Part shown: positions 1 through 9,944 of the stretch, in pieces | Layout: each line of letters opens with the position of its first letter | How positions within the stretch are numbered: the stretch's first letter is position 1 | NCBI GenBank assembly: GCA_965284115.1 | Contig: CBDIRF010000010.1 | Span: forward strand, 71,171 to 135,170 | Source of the DNA: Devosiaceae bacterium | GTDB taxonomy: Bacteria > Pseudomonadota > Alphaproteobacteria > Rhizobiales > Devosiaceae | Length of the DNA: 64,000 bases | Reading direction: 5' to 3' | Translations under genes and position numbers: made by a program | Notes under the pieces: generated by a model | Seen by the model: the letters and a program-made list of their open reading frames with translations, nothing else | The model's database searches: none | Told to the model about the DNA's origin: nothing

Positions 1-1
1 C

Positions 2-106
2 CCGATCAAGGACAATGCCGGCGCCGAGCGCGTCGCGGCAGGTGACGTGATCGACGATGGCGAGTTCTGGGCCGTCGACTGGTATGCCGAAGGCGTCGAG
101 GCTTAA
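2..106 (+). CDS. 3' end of BMP-family (purine nucleoside) ABC substrate-binding protein, truncated by window edge
   Basis: Frame 2 reads PIKDNAGAERVAAGDVIDDGEFWAVDWYAEGVEA*, resembling the BMP-family C-terminus (GPI.DN.G...W.VEGV); purine catabolism context. Confidence 0.7.
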   Translation, partial: PIKDNAGAERVAAGDVIDDGEFWAVDWYAEGVEA

Positions 107-123
107 GCCCGATATCGAAGGAG

Positions 124-146
124 GGGCGGGCGCAAGTCCGCCCTTT
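124..146 (+). terminator. Intrinsic terminator-like hairpin
   Basis: GGGCGGGC-GCAA-GTCCGCCC stem with GNRA loop followed by TTT, just after the stop at 106. Confidence 0.55.
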
Positions 147-167
147 GCAGGCGAGGCGGGGGCCGGC

Positions 168-944
168 GTGAGCCATTGGGTGCTGCAGTCTGGGCTGGGA
201 CATGAAGCCGGCTGGGAGACGATGGTGGAGACGCTCGAGCGCTTCGCGATCCCGTACTCGATCCACCGGGTGGTGCCGTTCGTCGGCGACCTGGAGCCCG
301 AGCCGCGCCCGGAGACCGATGAGGTCATCTGTATCGGGTCGTACGCGATGCGACACTATGCCAAACGGCAGGGCTGGAATCCGGGCGTGTTCGATCTTGA
401 GCCGCATGATTTTCGCCAGCAGCTGGTCCACTGGGGCGAGGCGATGCTGAACGCCAATTCCGCGGTCGTGGCGTTTGCCGATGTGCGTTTCGAGGGCGAG
501 TGCTTCGTGAGGCCGGTCGATGACACCAAGTCGTTCGCCGGCCGCATTTTCGCTTGGGACGAGTTCTCCGACTGGCAGCGCAAGGTCGCAGCGCTGGGGG
601 GCGATGGCGATCTGTCGCTGCACGCCGCCACGCTGGTGCAGGTGTCGAAGCCAAAGCAGATCCGGGCCGAGGTGCGGTGTTGGGTGGTCGAGGGCCGGGT
701 GGTCACGGCCTCGATCTATCGCATGGGGCCGCAGGTGATCTATTCGGATCAGGTCGAGCCGCGCTTCACGGAGTTTGCCGCCGGGCTGGCCGCCCAGTGG
801 TCGCCGGAGCGGGCCTTCTGCCTCGATGTATGCGAGACCCCTGAGGGGTTGCGCATCGTCGAAATCAATACCATCAACTCGGCTGGGTTCTATGCCGCCG
901 ACGTCCAGAAGCTGGTAATGGCGCTGGACGGACTGAGACGATGA
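168..944 (+). CDS. ATP-grasp domain protein (R2K/DUF4343-like)
   Basis: FVRPVDDTKSFAG, EVRCWVVEGRVVTASIY and FCLDV...IVEIN..NSAGFY motifs; GTG 168 chosen because ATG 57 overlaps the upstream gene. Confidence 0.75.
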   Translation: MSHWVLQSGLGHEAGWETMVETLERFAIPYSIHRVVPFVGDLEPEPRPETDEVICIGSYAMRHYAKRQGWNPGVFDLEPHDFRQQLVHWGEAMLNANSAVVAFADVRFEGECFVRPVDDTKSFAGRIFAWDEFSDWQRKVAALGGDGDLSLHAATLVQVSKPKQIRAEVRCWVVEGRVVTASIYRMGPQVIYSDQVEPRFTEFAAGLAAQWSPERAFCLDVCETPEGLRIVEINTINSAGFYAADVQKLVMALDGLRR

Positions 945-957
945 AAGCTGGGATCGC

Positions 958-2178
958 ATGACCGACTACGCAATCTTCTGGGAATGGCTGAGCTTCGCGG
1001 TGCGCTGGACGCATGTGATCACCGCCATCGCCTGGATCGGCTCCAGTTTCTATTTCATCGCGCTGGACCTGGGGTTGCGGAAGACGCCGAGCCTGCCGCC
1101 GCTCGCGCATGGCGAGGAGTGGCAGGTGCATGGCGGCGGTTTCTACCACATCCAGAAATACCTGGTGGCGCCGGAGTTCCTCCCCGAGCACCTGACCTGG
1201 TTCAAGTGGGAGAGCTATTTCACCTGGATTTCCGGGTTCATGCTGCTGATCGTCGTCTACTATTTCGGCGCCGACCTGTTCCTCGTCGACCGGAATGTGC
1301 TCGATATCGCAGCCTGGCAGGCGATCCTGATTTCGCTCGGCTCGATCGTGCTCGGCTGGGTGCTCTACGATACGCTCTGCAAATCGCCGATCGGAAACTC
1401 GACCGGCGGGCTGATGGTGGTGCTGTTCGCCATCCTCACGGCGATGAGCTGGGCCTACACGCAGGTGTTCACCGGCCGCGCGGCCATGCTGCATATGGGC
1501 GCCTTCACCGCGACCATCATGGCGGCGAACGTCGCGATGATCATCATCCCCAACCAGAAGATCGTGGTGGCCGACCTGAAGGCCGGCCGGGTGCCCGACG
1601 CCAAATACGGCAAGATCGCCAAGCAGCGCTCGCTGCACAATAATTACCTCACCCTGCCGGTGATCTTCTTCATGCTCTCGATCCACTATCCGCTGGCTTT
1701 CGCCACGCCGTGGAACTGGCTGATCGCCTCGCTGATCTTCCTCGAGGGCGTGCTGATCCGGCACTTCTTCAACAGCCGGCACGGCCGCAAGGGCAACCCG
1801 ACCTGGGTTTGGCCGCTCGTGATCATCATCTTCCTCCTCTGCGCCTGGCTCTCCAGCGGGCCGAAGCTGCCGACCGGGGCGGAGACGGTGGCTTCGCCGC
1901 GGGCAACGCTGCTGATGCAATCACCGCAGTTCAAGGCGGTGTCCGAGGTGGTGCAGGGCCGCTGCAGCATGTGCCATACCGCCGAACCGGTGTGGGAGGG
2001 GATCGCCGAGGCGCCCAAGAACGTCATCCTCGACAACGACATCGCCATTGCCAATCACGCCGAGCAGGTGGCGATGCAAGCCGGCTATTCGCAAGCCATG
2101 CCGCCGGGCAATGTCACCGACATGACCGAGGACGAGCGGGCGCTGTTGGTGGCCTGGTTCCGGGATGGATCGAAGTGA
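958..2178 (+). CDS. puuD: Urate hydroxylase PuuD (membrane protein with C-terminal cytochrome c)
   Basis: RW.HVI.AIAWIGSSFYF, WQVHGGGFY, RSLHNNYLTLPV and heme motif CSMCH; next to guaD. Confidence 0.92.
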   Translation: MTDYAIFWEWLSFAVRWTHVITAIAWIGSSFYFIALDLGLRKTPSLPPLAHGEEWQVHGGGFYHIQKYLVAPEFLPEHLTWFKWESYFTWISGFMLLIVVYYFGADLFLVDRNVLDIAAWQAILISLGSIVLGWVLYDTLCKSPIGNSTGGLMVVLFAILTAMSWAYTQVFTGRAAMLHMGAFTATIMAANVAMIIIPNQKIVVADLKAGRVPDAKYGKIAKQRSLHNNYLTLPVIFFMLSIHYPLAFATPWNWLIASLIFLEGVLIRHFFNSRHGRKGNPTWVWPLVIIIFLLCAWLSSGPKLPTGAETVASPRATLLMQSPQFKAVSEVVQGRCSMCHTAEPVWEGIAEAPKNVILDNDIAIANHAEQVAMQAGYSQAMPPGNVTDMTEDERALLVAWFRDGSK

Positions 2179-3482
2179 AGGTCACCATCCTTCGTGGGCG
2201 GGTGCTGAGCTTCGTTGCGGAGCCGCAAGGGCGAGACGATCACGCCTCCTATCGCTTCATCGAGGACGGCGCCGTGGTCATCGGCGATGGCAAGATCCTG
2301 ATGGTAGGGGAGTGGAACGAGCGCGCCGCCTCGCACCATGATGCGGCCGATATCATCGACCATCGCCCGCATCTGATCCTGCCCGGGTTCATCGACCCGC
2401 ATATCCATTTCCCGCAGATGCAGGTGATCGGCGCCTATGCGGCGGCGCTGCTCGAATGGCTCAACACCTACACCTTCGTCGAGGAGCAGCGGTTCGGCGA
2501 CGAAGCGCACGCGACGCGGATCGCCTCGCGGTTTTTCGACGAGCTGATCCGGCATGGCACCACCACCGCGGCGGCCTATTGCTCGGTGCACCCGCAATCG
2601 GTCGATGCGTTTTTCGGCGAAGCCGAGAAGCGCAACATGCTGATGGTGGGCGGCAAGGTGATGATGGATCGCAACGCGCCGCCCGGGCTGCTTGACACGC
2701 CGCAATCGGGCTATGACGATACCAAGGCCGGCATCGCCAAATGGCATGGGCGGGGCAGGGCGCATTACGCCATCACGCCGCGCTTCGCCATCACCTCGAC
2801 GCATGAGCAGATGGCGATGGCCGAGGCGCTGGCACGGGAGTTCCCAGAGCTGCACATCCAGACCCATGTGTCGGAGAACCTCGCCGAGATCGCCTATGCC
2901 AACGAGCTGTTTCCCAACTATGGCGACTATGTCGGGATCTACGAGAAGTTTCACCTGCTCGGCCCCAGGACGCTGCTCGGCCACTGCATCCATCTGAGCC
3001 ACCGGGAGACCGAAGTAATCGCCCAGACGCAGTCGGTGGCGGTGTTCTGCCCGACCTCGAACCTCTTCATCGGCTCGGGGCTGTTCGACTATGAGCGCCA
3101 GCACGAGCGCGGCGTGCGCATCGCCACCGCCACCGACGTGGGCGGCGGCAGCTCCTACTCGATGCTGCGGACCATGGACGAGGGTTACAAGGTGATGCAG
3201 CTGCGCGGCCAGCGGCTGACGCCGTTCCGCTCGTTCTTCCACATGACGCTGGGCAATGCCCGGGCGATGAGCCTCGAGGGCCGCATCGGCTCGCTCGAAC
3301 CGGGGAAAGAGGCGGATATCGTGGTGCTCGATTCGAGCGCCACGCCGCAGATGGCGCTGCGCATGGAAACCTGCGGTTCGCTCGAGCAGGAGCTGTTCCT
3401 GTTGCAGACCTGCGGCGACGACCGGGCGGTGGTCGAAACCTATGTGATGGGCAAGGCGATGAAGGCGGGGCTCGCGGCGTGA
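2175..3482 (+). CDS. guaD: Guanine deaminase
   Basis: PGFIDPHIHFPQ, YAITPRFAITS, QTHVSEN, CPTSNLFIGSG, TDVGGG; GTG start overlaps the puuD stop. Confidence 0.95.
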   Translation: MKVTILRGRVLSFVAEPQGRDDHASYRFIEDGAVVIGDGKILMVGEWNERAASHHDAADIIDHRPHLILPGFIDPHIHFPQMQVIGAYAAALLEWLNTYTFVEEQRFGDEAHATRIASRFFDELIRHGTTTAAAYCSVHPQSVDAFFGEAEKRNMLMVGGKVMMDRNAPPGLLDTPQSGYDDTKAGIAKWHGRGRAHYAITPRFAITSTHEQMAMAEALAREFPELHIQTHVSENLAEIAYANELFPNYGDYVGIYEKFHLLGPRTLLGHCIHLSHRETEVIAQTQSVAVFCPTSNLFIGSGLFDYERQHERGVRIATATDVGGGSSYSMLRTMDEGYKVMQLRGQRLTPFRSFFHMTLGNARAMSLEGRIGSLEPGKEADIVVLDSSATPQMALRMETCGSLEQELFLLQTCGDDRAVVETYVMGKAMKAGLAA

Positions 3483-3561
3483 GCCGAAGCTGACGCGGAT
3501 AGCGCCATTTGGGGATTGCGCTGCGGAGGCCGCTGGGGGCATGACGGTCATCCGGATGCTA

Positions 3562-3699
3562 GCCGACCCCCACCCCTGTCCCCTCCCCCTAAGAATGGGG
3601 AGGGAGACCAGAACACTGGCATTGGTGATGGCGTCTCCCTCCCCATTGCGGGGACGACAATAGGTCGCCCCGAGGGGAGGGGACAGGGTGGGGGTCGGC
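3562..3699. repeat. Palindromic intergenic repeat (CCCCCACCCCTGTCCCCTCCCC type)
   Basis: Terminal inverted arms gccgacccccaccc / gggtgggggtcggc with internal hairpins; near-identical arms at 22423 and 59186. Confidence 0.8.
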
Positions 3700-3733
3700 G
3701 TGCGCCGGACCAACGGGAAGAACGAGGATTAGA

Positions 3734-5893
3734 ATGGCTGACTACATCGAGAAATCCGGTCTCAAGGTCGATCGGCTGCTGGTCGATTTCGTCGAGAAGG
3801 AAGCCATTCCCGGCACCGCCGTAAGCGCCGAACAGTTCTGGGCCGGCCTTGCCGGGCTGGTGCGGGATTTCGCGCCGCGCAACCGCGAGCTGCTTGATAT
3901 CCGCGACCGGATGCAGATGCAGGTGGATGATTGGCACAAGGCCAACGGCCCGGTCGGAGCGGACCCGGCGAAGTACCAGGCGTTCCTCAAACAGATCGGC
4001 TACCTCGTTGCCGAGCCGGCCGATTTCAGCATCGAGACAGCAGGGCTCGACCCCGAGATTACCTCGATCTGCGGGCCGCAGCTGGTGGTGCCGGTATCGA
4101 ATGCGCGCTACGCGCTCAATGCCGCCAATGCCCGCTGGGGCAGCCTCTACGACGCGCTGTACGGCACCGACGCGATTGCGCGCGACGGCGAGCTGGCGCC
4201 GGGCAAGGGGTTCAATGCGGCGCGTGCCGCCGCCGTGGTGGCGCGGGCGGCGGAGTTCCTCGATGCCTCGTTCCCGCTCGCCTCGGGCAGCCATCGCGAT
4301 GTCACCGGCTATCATGTGATCAAGGACGGTGAGCGCCGCGTTTTCGTTGCCGATACGGCGGCCGGCCGCGTTGGCCTCAAGGATTCCGCGCAGTTCGCCG
4401 GTTATGGCGGTACCCAGGAACGCGGCGAGCTGGTGCTGCGCCATAATGGGCTGTACGCCGTGCTGGTGATCGATCCGGCCAACACCATTGGCGCCTCGCA
4501 TAAGGCGGGGCTTGCCGATGTGGTGCTCGAGTCGGCGCTGACCACCATCCAGGATTGCGAGGATTCGGTCGCGGCGGTCGATGCCGAGGACAAGGTCGGG
4601 GTCTATCGCAACTGGCTCGGGCTGATGAACGGCACGCTGAGCGAGACCTTCGAAAAGGGCGGCAAGTCGCTGACCCGCAAGCTCAATGCCGACCGGCAAT
4701 ACAAGGACGCGAACGGCCAGCCGCTGGTGCTGAAGGGCAGGGCGCTGCTGCTGGTGCGCAATGTCGGCCACCTCATGACCACCAAGGCCGTACTCGACCC
4801 CGCGGGCAACCCGATCGGCGAAGGGTTGATGGATGCGGCGGTCACCGCGCTTTGCGCGCTCAGCGACAAGGTCAACTCGACCACCGGCGCCATCTATGTG
4901 GTGAAGCCCAAGATGCACGGGCCGGACGAGGTCGCTTTCGCCTGCGAGATTTTCGGCGCGGTCGAGAAGATGCTGGGGCTGAAGCCCGAGAGCATCAAGA
5001 TCGGCATCATGGACGAGGAGCGGCGCACCTCGGCCAACCTCAAGGCCGCGATCCATGCCGCGCGTCGGCGGGTGTTCTTCATCAATACCGGCTTCCTCGA
5101 TCGCACCGGCGACGAGATCCACACCTCGATGCTGGCGGGCCCGGTGCTGCGCAAGGACGATGTGAAGGCGGAAAAGTGGATCCAGTCCTATGAGGACCGG
5201 AACGTCCTGATCGGGCTCGCCGCCGGGTTCTCGGGCAAGGCGCAGATCGGCAAGGGCATGTGGGCGCGGCCCGACGATATGGCGGCGATGCTGGCGACGA
5301 AGGCCGCGCACCCCAATGCCGGCGCCAACACCGCCTGGGTGCCGTCGCCCACCGCGGCAACGCTGCATGCGCTGCACTACCACCAGATCGATGTATTCGA
5401 GGCACAGAAGCGCCGGCACAATCAGGCAACGCCGGGGCTTACTGAACTGTTCTCGATGCCGGTGCTGGACCCGACGACGCTCGACAAGGCGGCGGTGCTG
5501 CGCGAGCTCGACAATAATGCGCAGGGCATTCTCGGCTATGTGGTGCGCTGGGTCGACCAGGGGGTTGGCTGCTCCAAGGTGCCAGACATCAACAATGTCG
5601 GGCTGATGGAAGACCGCGCCACCTGCCGCATCTCCTCGCAGGCTGTGGCCAACTGGCTGGCCCACAAACTGATCAGCGCCGACGAGGTGAAGGCCTCGTT
5701 CGAGAAGATGGCAGTGGTGGTCGACGGGCAGAATGCCGGCGATCCGCTGTATCGGCCGATGGCAGGGAATTTCGGGACGTCGATCGCCTATCAGGCGGCG
5801 CTGGATCTGGCGCTGCTCGGCGCGGTGCAGCCGTCGGGGTATACCGAGCCGCTGCTGCATGCGGCGCGGGAGCGGGTTAAGGCGGGGGGCTGA
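3734..5893 (+). CDS. glcB: Malate synthase G
   Basis: [68 protein letters not shown]. Confidence 0.97.
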   Translation: MADYIEKSGLKVDRLLVDFVEKEAIPGTAVSAEQFWAGLAGLVRDFAPRNRELLDIRDRMQMQVDDWHKANGPVGADPAKYQAFLKQIGYLVAEPADFSIETAGLDPEITSICGPQLVVPVSNARYALNAANARWGSLYDALYGTDAIARDGELAPGKGFNAARAAAVVARAAEFLDASFPLASGSHRDVTGYHVIKDGERRVFVADTAAGRVGLKDSAQFAGYGGTQERGELVLRHNGLYAVLVIDPANTIGASHKAGLADVVLESALTTIQDCEDSVAAVDAEDKVGVYRNWLGLMNGTLSETFEKGGKSLTRKLNADRQYKDANGQPLVLKGRALLLVRNVGHLMTTKAVLDPAGNPIGEGLMDAAVTALCALSDKVNSTTGAIYVVKPKMHGPDEVAFACEIFGAVEKMLGLKPESIKIGIMDEERRTSANLKAAIHAARRRVFFINTGFLDRTGDEIHTSMLAGPVLRKDDVKAEKWIQSYEDRNVLIGLAAGFSGKAQIGKGMWARPDDMAAMLATKAAHPNAGANTAWVPSPTAATLHALHYHQIDVFEAQKRRHNQATPGLTELFSMPVLDPTTLDKAAVLRELDNNAQGILGYVVRWVDQGVGCSKVPDINNVGLMEDRATCRISSQAVANWLAHKLISADEVKASFEKMAVVVDGQNAGDPLYRPMAGNFGTSIAYQAALDLALLGAVQPSGYTEPLLHAARERVKAGG

Positions 5894-5911
5894 GCCATCG
5901 TGCCCTCCACG

Positions 5912-6107
5912 ACCCCCTCTCTTGCGATTTCTAAGGCTTAGCCAAACGGCTAAACCTAAGAAATCGCTTTCTCCCCCGCCAAGGGGGAGATGAGTGGTGG
6001 CCTCCATTCGCTTTGGAGTATCAGTCGGGACTCTCCTCCTGGCGGGGGAGAAAGCGAAAACTTGGGCTTAGCGCAGCTAAGTCCTTAGTTTTCGCAAGAG
6101 AGGGGGT
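5912..6107. repeat. Long palindromic repeat (MITE/REP-like) between convergent genes
   Basis: Perfect 16-bp terminal IR accccctctcttgcga / tcgcaagagagggggt plus nested hairpins (tctccccc-gccaa-gggggaga). Confidence 0.8.
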
Positions 6108-6123
6108 ACTTGGAGCTACCAGG

Positions 6124-7767
6124 CTACACCCGATCCAACTCCACCACCGGAAGATGAATGGCGGTCGGATGCGCCGGGTCGTGGAAGATCTCGATATCAG
6201 CGGAAGCCAGATGCGACGCCTCGCCCAGTGCCTCGTCGGTGCCGGTGTTCCTCGCATAGCGGGGGTGGGCGCCGCTGGCGACGATGACGCGCAGCCGGTG
6301 GTTGCGGTTGAAGCGGTGCGCCGTGGCGTGCATGCGGAAGTTGAGCTTCCAGATATCGTCAGCGACGGCAGGATCGGCGGAGGTCTTGCGGATGATGCCG
6401 TCGCAGATGTTGATCGACAGGTCCTTCTCGTCGACGTCGCAGAGCCGCACGAAGAAATCGGTGTTGGGCAGGGTGGAGCGGGCGTGCAGCGCGATGCGCA
6501 CCTGGCCGAGAATGGTGAGGGGGTTGAACAGCGGCTCCGAAGTGTAGACCAGCACGTCGTCGCGCTGTTCGAGCGGCGCATTGTCGACCGGGCCGGCGCC
6601 GTTGAAGGCGAACATGGCGCCACCGACGGCCGGGGTCGGATGGGCCGGATCGTAGGTGTAGGTGTCGGGCGGCGAGGCGCGCACCGGGCGCTGCGACAGT
6701 ACCTTTTCAGGGTGGATGTGCCAGATCTGGTTCTCCGCCTGCATCGGCGGATAACTGTCGAACTCGCGCCAGTCGTTGAGCCCGGAAATGTAAAGCCGCA
6801 CCGGCTTCAGCCGCAGCCCCGAGGCGTCGCCGAGCAGCTTGGCGTTCATCCATTCGAGCGTCTGCTTGACGCTCTCCATCTGCAGGTCGGGGCTGACATG
6901 GAACCACGGGCCGACGGTGAGCTGCGGGGCGTGCCCGGCATCGACCAGCGTCGCGTAATCGCGCAGCAGCTGATCGAGCATGAAATCGTACCAGCCCGAG
7001 GTGAAGCTCACCGGCGGGGTGCGGGCGTTGAGGCGGTGGGTGTGGTCGAGCGGCTGCCAGAAGGCGTCGTTGCCGATCGCCTCATCCATCCAGCGGCGCC
7101 AGAACGGCACTTCGCGGCCGGTGACGCGCTTGTCGGCGTCGCGCAAAGGCAGCTTCATGGTGGCGCGCAGCGTTGCCCGTTCGATGCCGCCGGTGAACAT
7201 GCGCTGGGCAGTGCGCAGCGGGTTGCCGCGCAGGCCCTCGACCGTCTGGATCCAGCTCAGCCACAGCCCGACTGCCAGCCCGCCGCCGGGAAAGACGATG
7301 GAGCGGAATTCGGCGCTGGTGACCTTGATCGCCATGGCGGATTGCTTGGGCAGCGCATCGCAGATCGCCCATTGCGCGTAACCCAGATAGCTCGGGCCGG
7401 AAGTGCCGAGCCGGCCATCGAACCAGGGTTGCGCCTTGATCCAGTCGATGGTGGCGAGCCCATCGTCGCGCTCGTGCCCGAACGGGTCGAATTCGCCTTC
7501 CGATTTGTCGGTGCCGCGGCAGGCCTGCAGCACCACATGGAAGCCGCGCTCGGCATAGACTTCGCCAATGGTGGCAAAGCCCGAGAGGCCGTAGGGCTCG
7601 CGCATCAGGATGGTGGGGTGCTTGCCCGGCAGTTTGGGCGCGAAATGCTCGGTGGCGAGCGCCACCCCGTCATACATCGGCACCCTAATGTTGCGGGTGC
7701 GGACGATGCCGCATCTGCGCTTCGGCAGCTTATAGAGATCGGCCAGAAACCGGCTGGCAAAGCTCAT
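6124..7767 (-). CDS. CocE/NonD family serine hydrolase
   Basis: Nucleophile elbow GPSYLG, GWYD and GPWFH; C-terminal PepX-like domain; start overlaps the ade stop. Confidence 0.9.
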   Translation of the reverse strand: MSFASRFLADLYKLPKRRCGIVRTRNIRVPMYDGVALATEHFAPKLPGKHPTILMREPYGLSGFATIGEVYAERGFHVVLQACRGTDKSEGEFDPFGHERDDGLATIDWIKAQPWFDGRLGTSGPSYLGYAQWAICDALPKQSAMAIKVTSAEFRSIVFPGGGLAVGLWLSWIQTVEGLRGNPLRTAQRMFTGGIERATLRATMKLPLRDADKRVTGREVPFWRRWMDEAIGNDAFWQPLDHTHRLNARTPPVSFTSGWYDFMLDQLLRDYATLVDAGHAPQLTVGPWFHVSPDLQMESVKQTLEWMNAKLLGDASGLRLKPVRLYISGLNDWREFDSYPPMQAENQIWHIHPEKVLSQRPVRASPPDTYTYDPAHPTPAVGGAMFAFNGAGPVDNAPLEQRDDVLVYTSEPLFNPLTILGQVRIALHARSTLPNTDFFVRLCDVDEKDLSINICDGIIRKTSADPAVADDIWKLNFRMHATAHRFNRNHRLRVIVASGAHPRYARNTGTDEALGEASHLASADIEIFHDPAHPTAIHLPVVELDRV

Positions 7768-9476
7768 TTGACGAAGTCGAACTTGTCCACGTCGAACAGC
7801 CCCCGGTCGGTCATCTTCAAATGCGGGATCACCGGCAGCGCCAGGAACGCCACCTGCAGGAAGGGCTCGGGCAGGGTGCAGCCGAGATCATAGGCGGCCT
7901 GGCGCAGGTGATGCAGCTTGTCGGCGACGGTTTCAAAGCTCAATAAACTCATCAGCCCGGCGATCGGCAGCGCCAGCTCGGCGGTGACCCGGCCGCCATC
8001 GGCGACGGCAAAGCCGCCGCCCAGTTCGATCAGCCGGTTGACTGCCACGGCCATATCCTCGTCGTCGACGCCGACCACCGTGATGTTGTGGCTGTCATGC
8101 CCGACCGACGACGCGATGGCGCCGCGCTTCAGCCCAAACCCCTTGGTGAAGCTCAGCGCCACATTGCCGTTGATGCCGTGCCGCTCGATCACCCCGATCT
8201 TGATCACGTCGTTGTCGGTATCGGGCAGGGTGCCCTTGTCCGACACTTCCAGCGTCGCCGTTTCGCGATAGGTGAGGATCAGCCCCGGCCGCACCCCGAT
8301 CACCGGGGTTTCGTTCTGCCTGGGGTTGGGCGGCACGATGAAGGTCGAAGGCCTGACCCGCTTTGCCTTCATCGAGGCGAGCCCGACCGGCGGCACCGGC
8401 TGGCGGGCTTGGAATAGTTCGGGGCGCACCAGCCGGCCGGCGGTGATCACCTCGGCGACACGGCAACCCTCGAGATCGTCGAGCAGCGCGATATCGGCGC
8501 GATAGCCGGGGGCGACGAGGCCGCGATCCTTGAGCCCGAAGATGCGTGCCGCCGAATGCGAGGCGGCGCGATAGACGTGATGCAGCGGCCGGCCGCGGCC
8601 GATCAGCCGGCGGATCGAGGCATCGAGATGGCCTTCCTCGAGCGTATCGAGCGGGTTGCGATCATCGGTGCAGAGCGCGACATAGGCCGAGGTGTTGGCA
8701 TCGAGGATTTCGGCCAGTGCTTCGAGATCCTTCGATACCGAGCCCTCGCGGATCAGGATCGCCATGCCCTTACTGAGCTTTTCACGCGCCTCGACCGCGG
8801 TGGTCAACTCGTGGTCGGTGCGGATGCCGGCGGCGAGATAGCCGTTGAGCATGAGGTCGGTGACCAGCGGGGCATGGCCATCGATATGCTGGCCCTGGAA
8901 CGCCACGAGCTTGGCGATGATCCCCGGATCGCCGGCGAGCACGCCCGGGTAGTTCATCATCTCGGCGAGGCCGATGACCTGGCGGTGGTGGCGGAACTTT
9001 TCGAGGTCGGCGATCTCCAGCCTGGCGCCGGAGGTCTCGTGCGGCGTTGCCGGCACGCAGGAACTGAGGTTGACGCGGATATCCATGATGGTGCGCTCGG
9101 CGCACTCGAGGAAATAGCGGATGCCGTCGGCGCCCAGCACGTTGGCGATCTCGTGCGGATCGCAGATCACCGTGGTGACGCCATGCGGCAAGACGCAGCG
9201 ATCGAACTCGAACGGGGTTACCAGCGAGGATTCGATATGGAGGTGCGTATCGATGAACCCAGGCACTGCAAAGCGGTTGTCGCCTTCGATCAGTGTCTTG
9301 CCGTTGTAGTAGCCGTAAGTGCCGACGATGCGGTCGGCGACGATGGCGATATCGGTGTGGGTGATGGAGCCCGAGATCACGTCCAGGAGGCGGACGTTCT
9401 TGATCACCACATCGGCCGGAACCTCGCCGGCCCCCGCCTTGATCATACGGGTGAGGAGCTCTGGTGAAATGGTCAT
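7764..9476 (-). CDS. ade: Adenine deaminase
   Basis: [60 protein letters not shown]. Confidence 0.95.
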   Translation of the reverse strand: MTISPELLTRMIKAGAGEVPADVVIKNVRLLDVISGSITHTDIAIVADRIVGTYGYYNGKTLIEGDNRFAVPGFIDTHLHIESSLVTPFEFDRCVLPHGVTTVICDPHEIANVLGADGIRYFLECAERTIMDIRVNLSSCVPATPHETSGARLEIADLEKFRHHRQVIGLAEMMNYPGVLAGDPGIIAKLVAFQGQHIDGHAPLVTDLMLNGYLAAGIRTDHELTTAVEAREKLSKGMAILIREGSVSKDLEALAEILDANTSAYVALCTDDRNPLDTLEEGHLDASIRRLIGRGRPLHHVYRAASHSAARIFGLKDRGLVAPGYRADIALLDDLEGCRVAEVITAGRLVRPELFQARQPVPPVGLASMKAKRVRPSTFIVPPNPRQNETPVIGVRPGLILTYRETATLEVSDKGTLPDTDNDVIKIGVIERHGINGNVALSFTKGFGLKRGAIASSVGHDSHNITVVGVDDEDMAVAVNRLIELGGGFAVADGGRVTAELALPIAGLMSLLSFETVADKLHHLRQAAYDLGCTLPEPFLQVAFLALPVIPHLKMTDRGLFDVDKFDFVK

Positions 9477-9559
9477 GACGCGGCCGTGATCTGCATGTCC
9501 CAACGTCTTCGTTCAGCTCGTAATGGTCAAGTGGGGACGGCGGCGGTCAAGGCTCGATC

Positions 9560-9845
9560 CTACGCCGCCGCGTCGTCCTTGGGCTCCCCCAGATCGTCAT
9601 ACAGCCAGAAGGTGTTCCGACCCTGCTCCTTGGCCTGGTAGAGCGCGAAGTCGGCCCGGGCCGACAGGTCCAGCCCGTCGCGGGCGGCGCCGCCGGCCAA
9701 GGCCACGCCGATGCTGACGCCGATCCTGACGTCGGTGCCGGGTTCCGAAACCCGCGAGATGATCTGCTCGGACAGCCGGCGCAATTCGGCGACGGTCTTG
9801 ATGGCGCTTTGCAGGATGACGAACTCGCCGCCGCCCAGCCGGGCC
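9560..9845 (-). pseudogene. C-terminal fragment of a GGDEF domain
   Basis: ARLGGGEF...GVSIGVA...ADFALYQAKEQGRN; N-terminal half absent and replaced by a palindromic repeat. Confidence 0.7.
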
Positions 9846-9869
9846 CCCTGCCCAGTCCGCTTGAGATCA

Positions 9870-9924
9870 GCGCCCCTCCGGCCACGCTTTCGCGTGGTCC
9901 CCCTCCCCGCAGGCGGGAGAGGGA
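9870..9924. repeat. Half copy of the palindromic intergenic repeat
   Basis: cccctccggccacgctttcgcgtggtccccctccccgcaggcgggagaggga. Confidence 0.7.
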
Positions 9925-9944
9925 GTCCCGACTGCACCATCCGA

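Noticed and set aside
3548-6007. 819-aa antisense ORF and similar long shadow ORFs (e.g. 6013-7893, 34117-36621, 45028-46800)
   Set aside because: They lie opposite well-supported genes, have no motifs, and are expected in high-GC DNA
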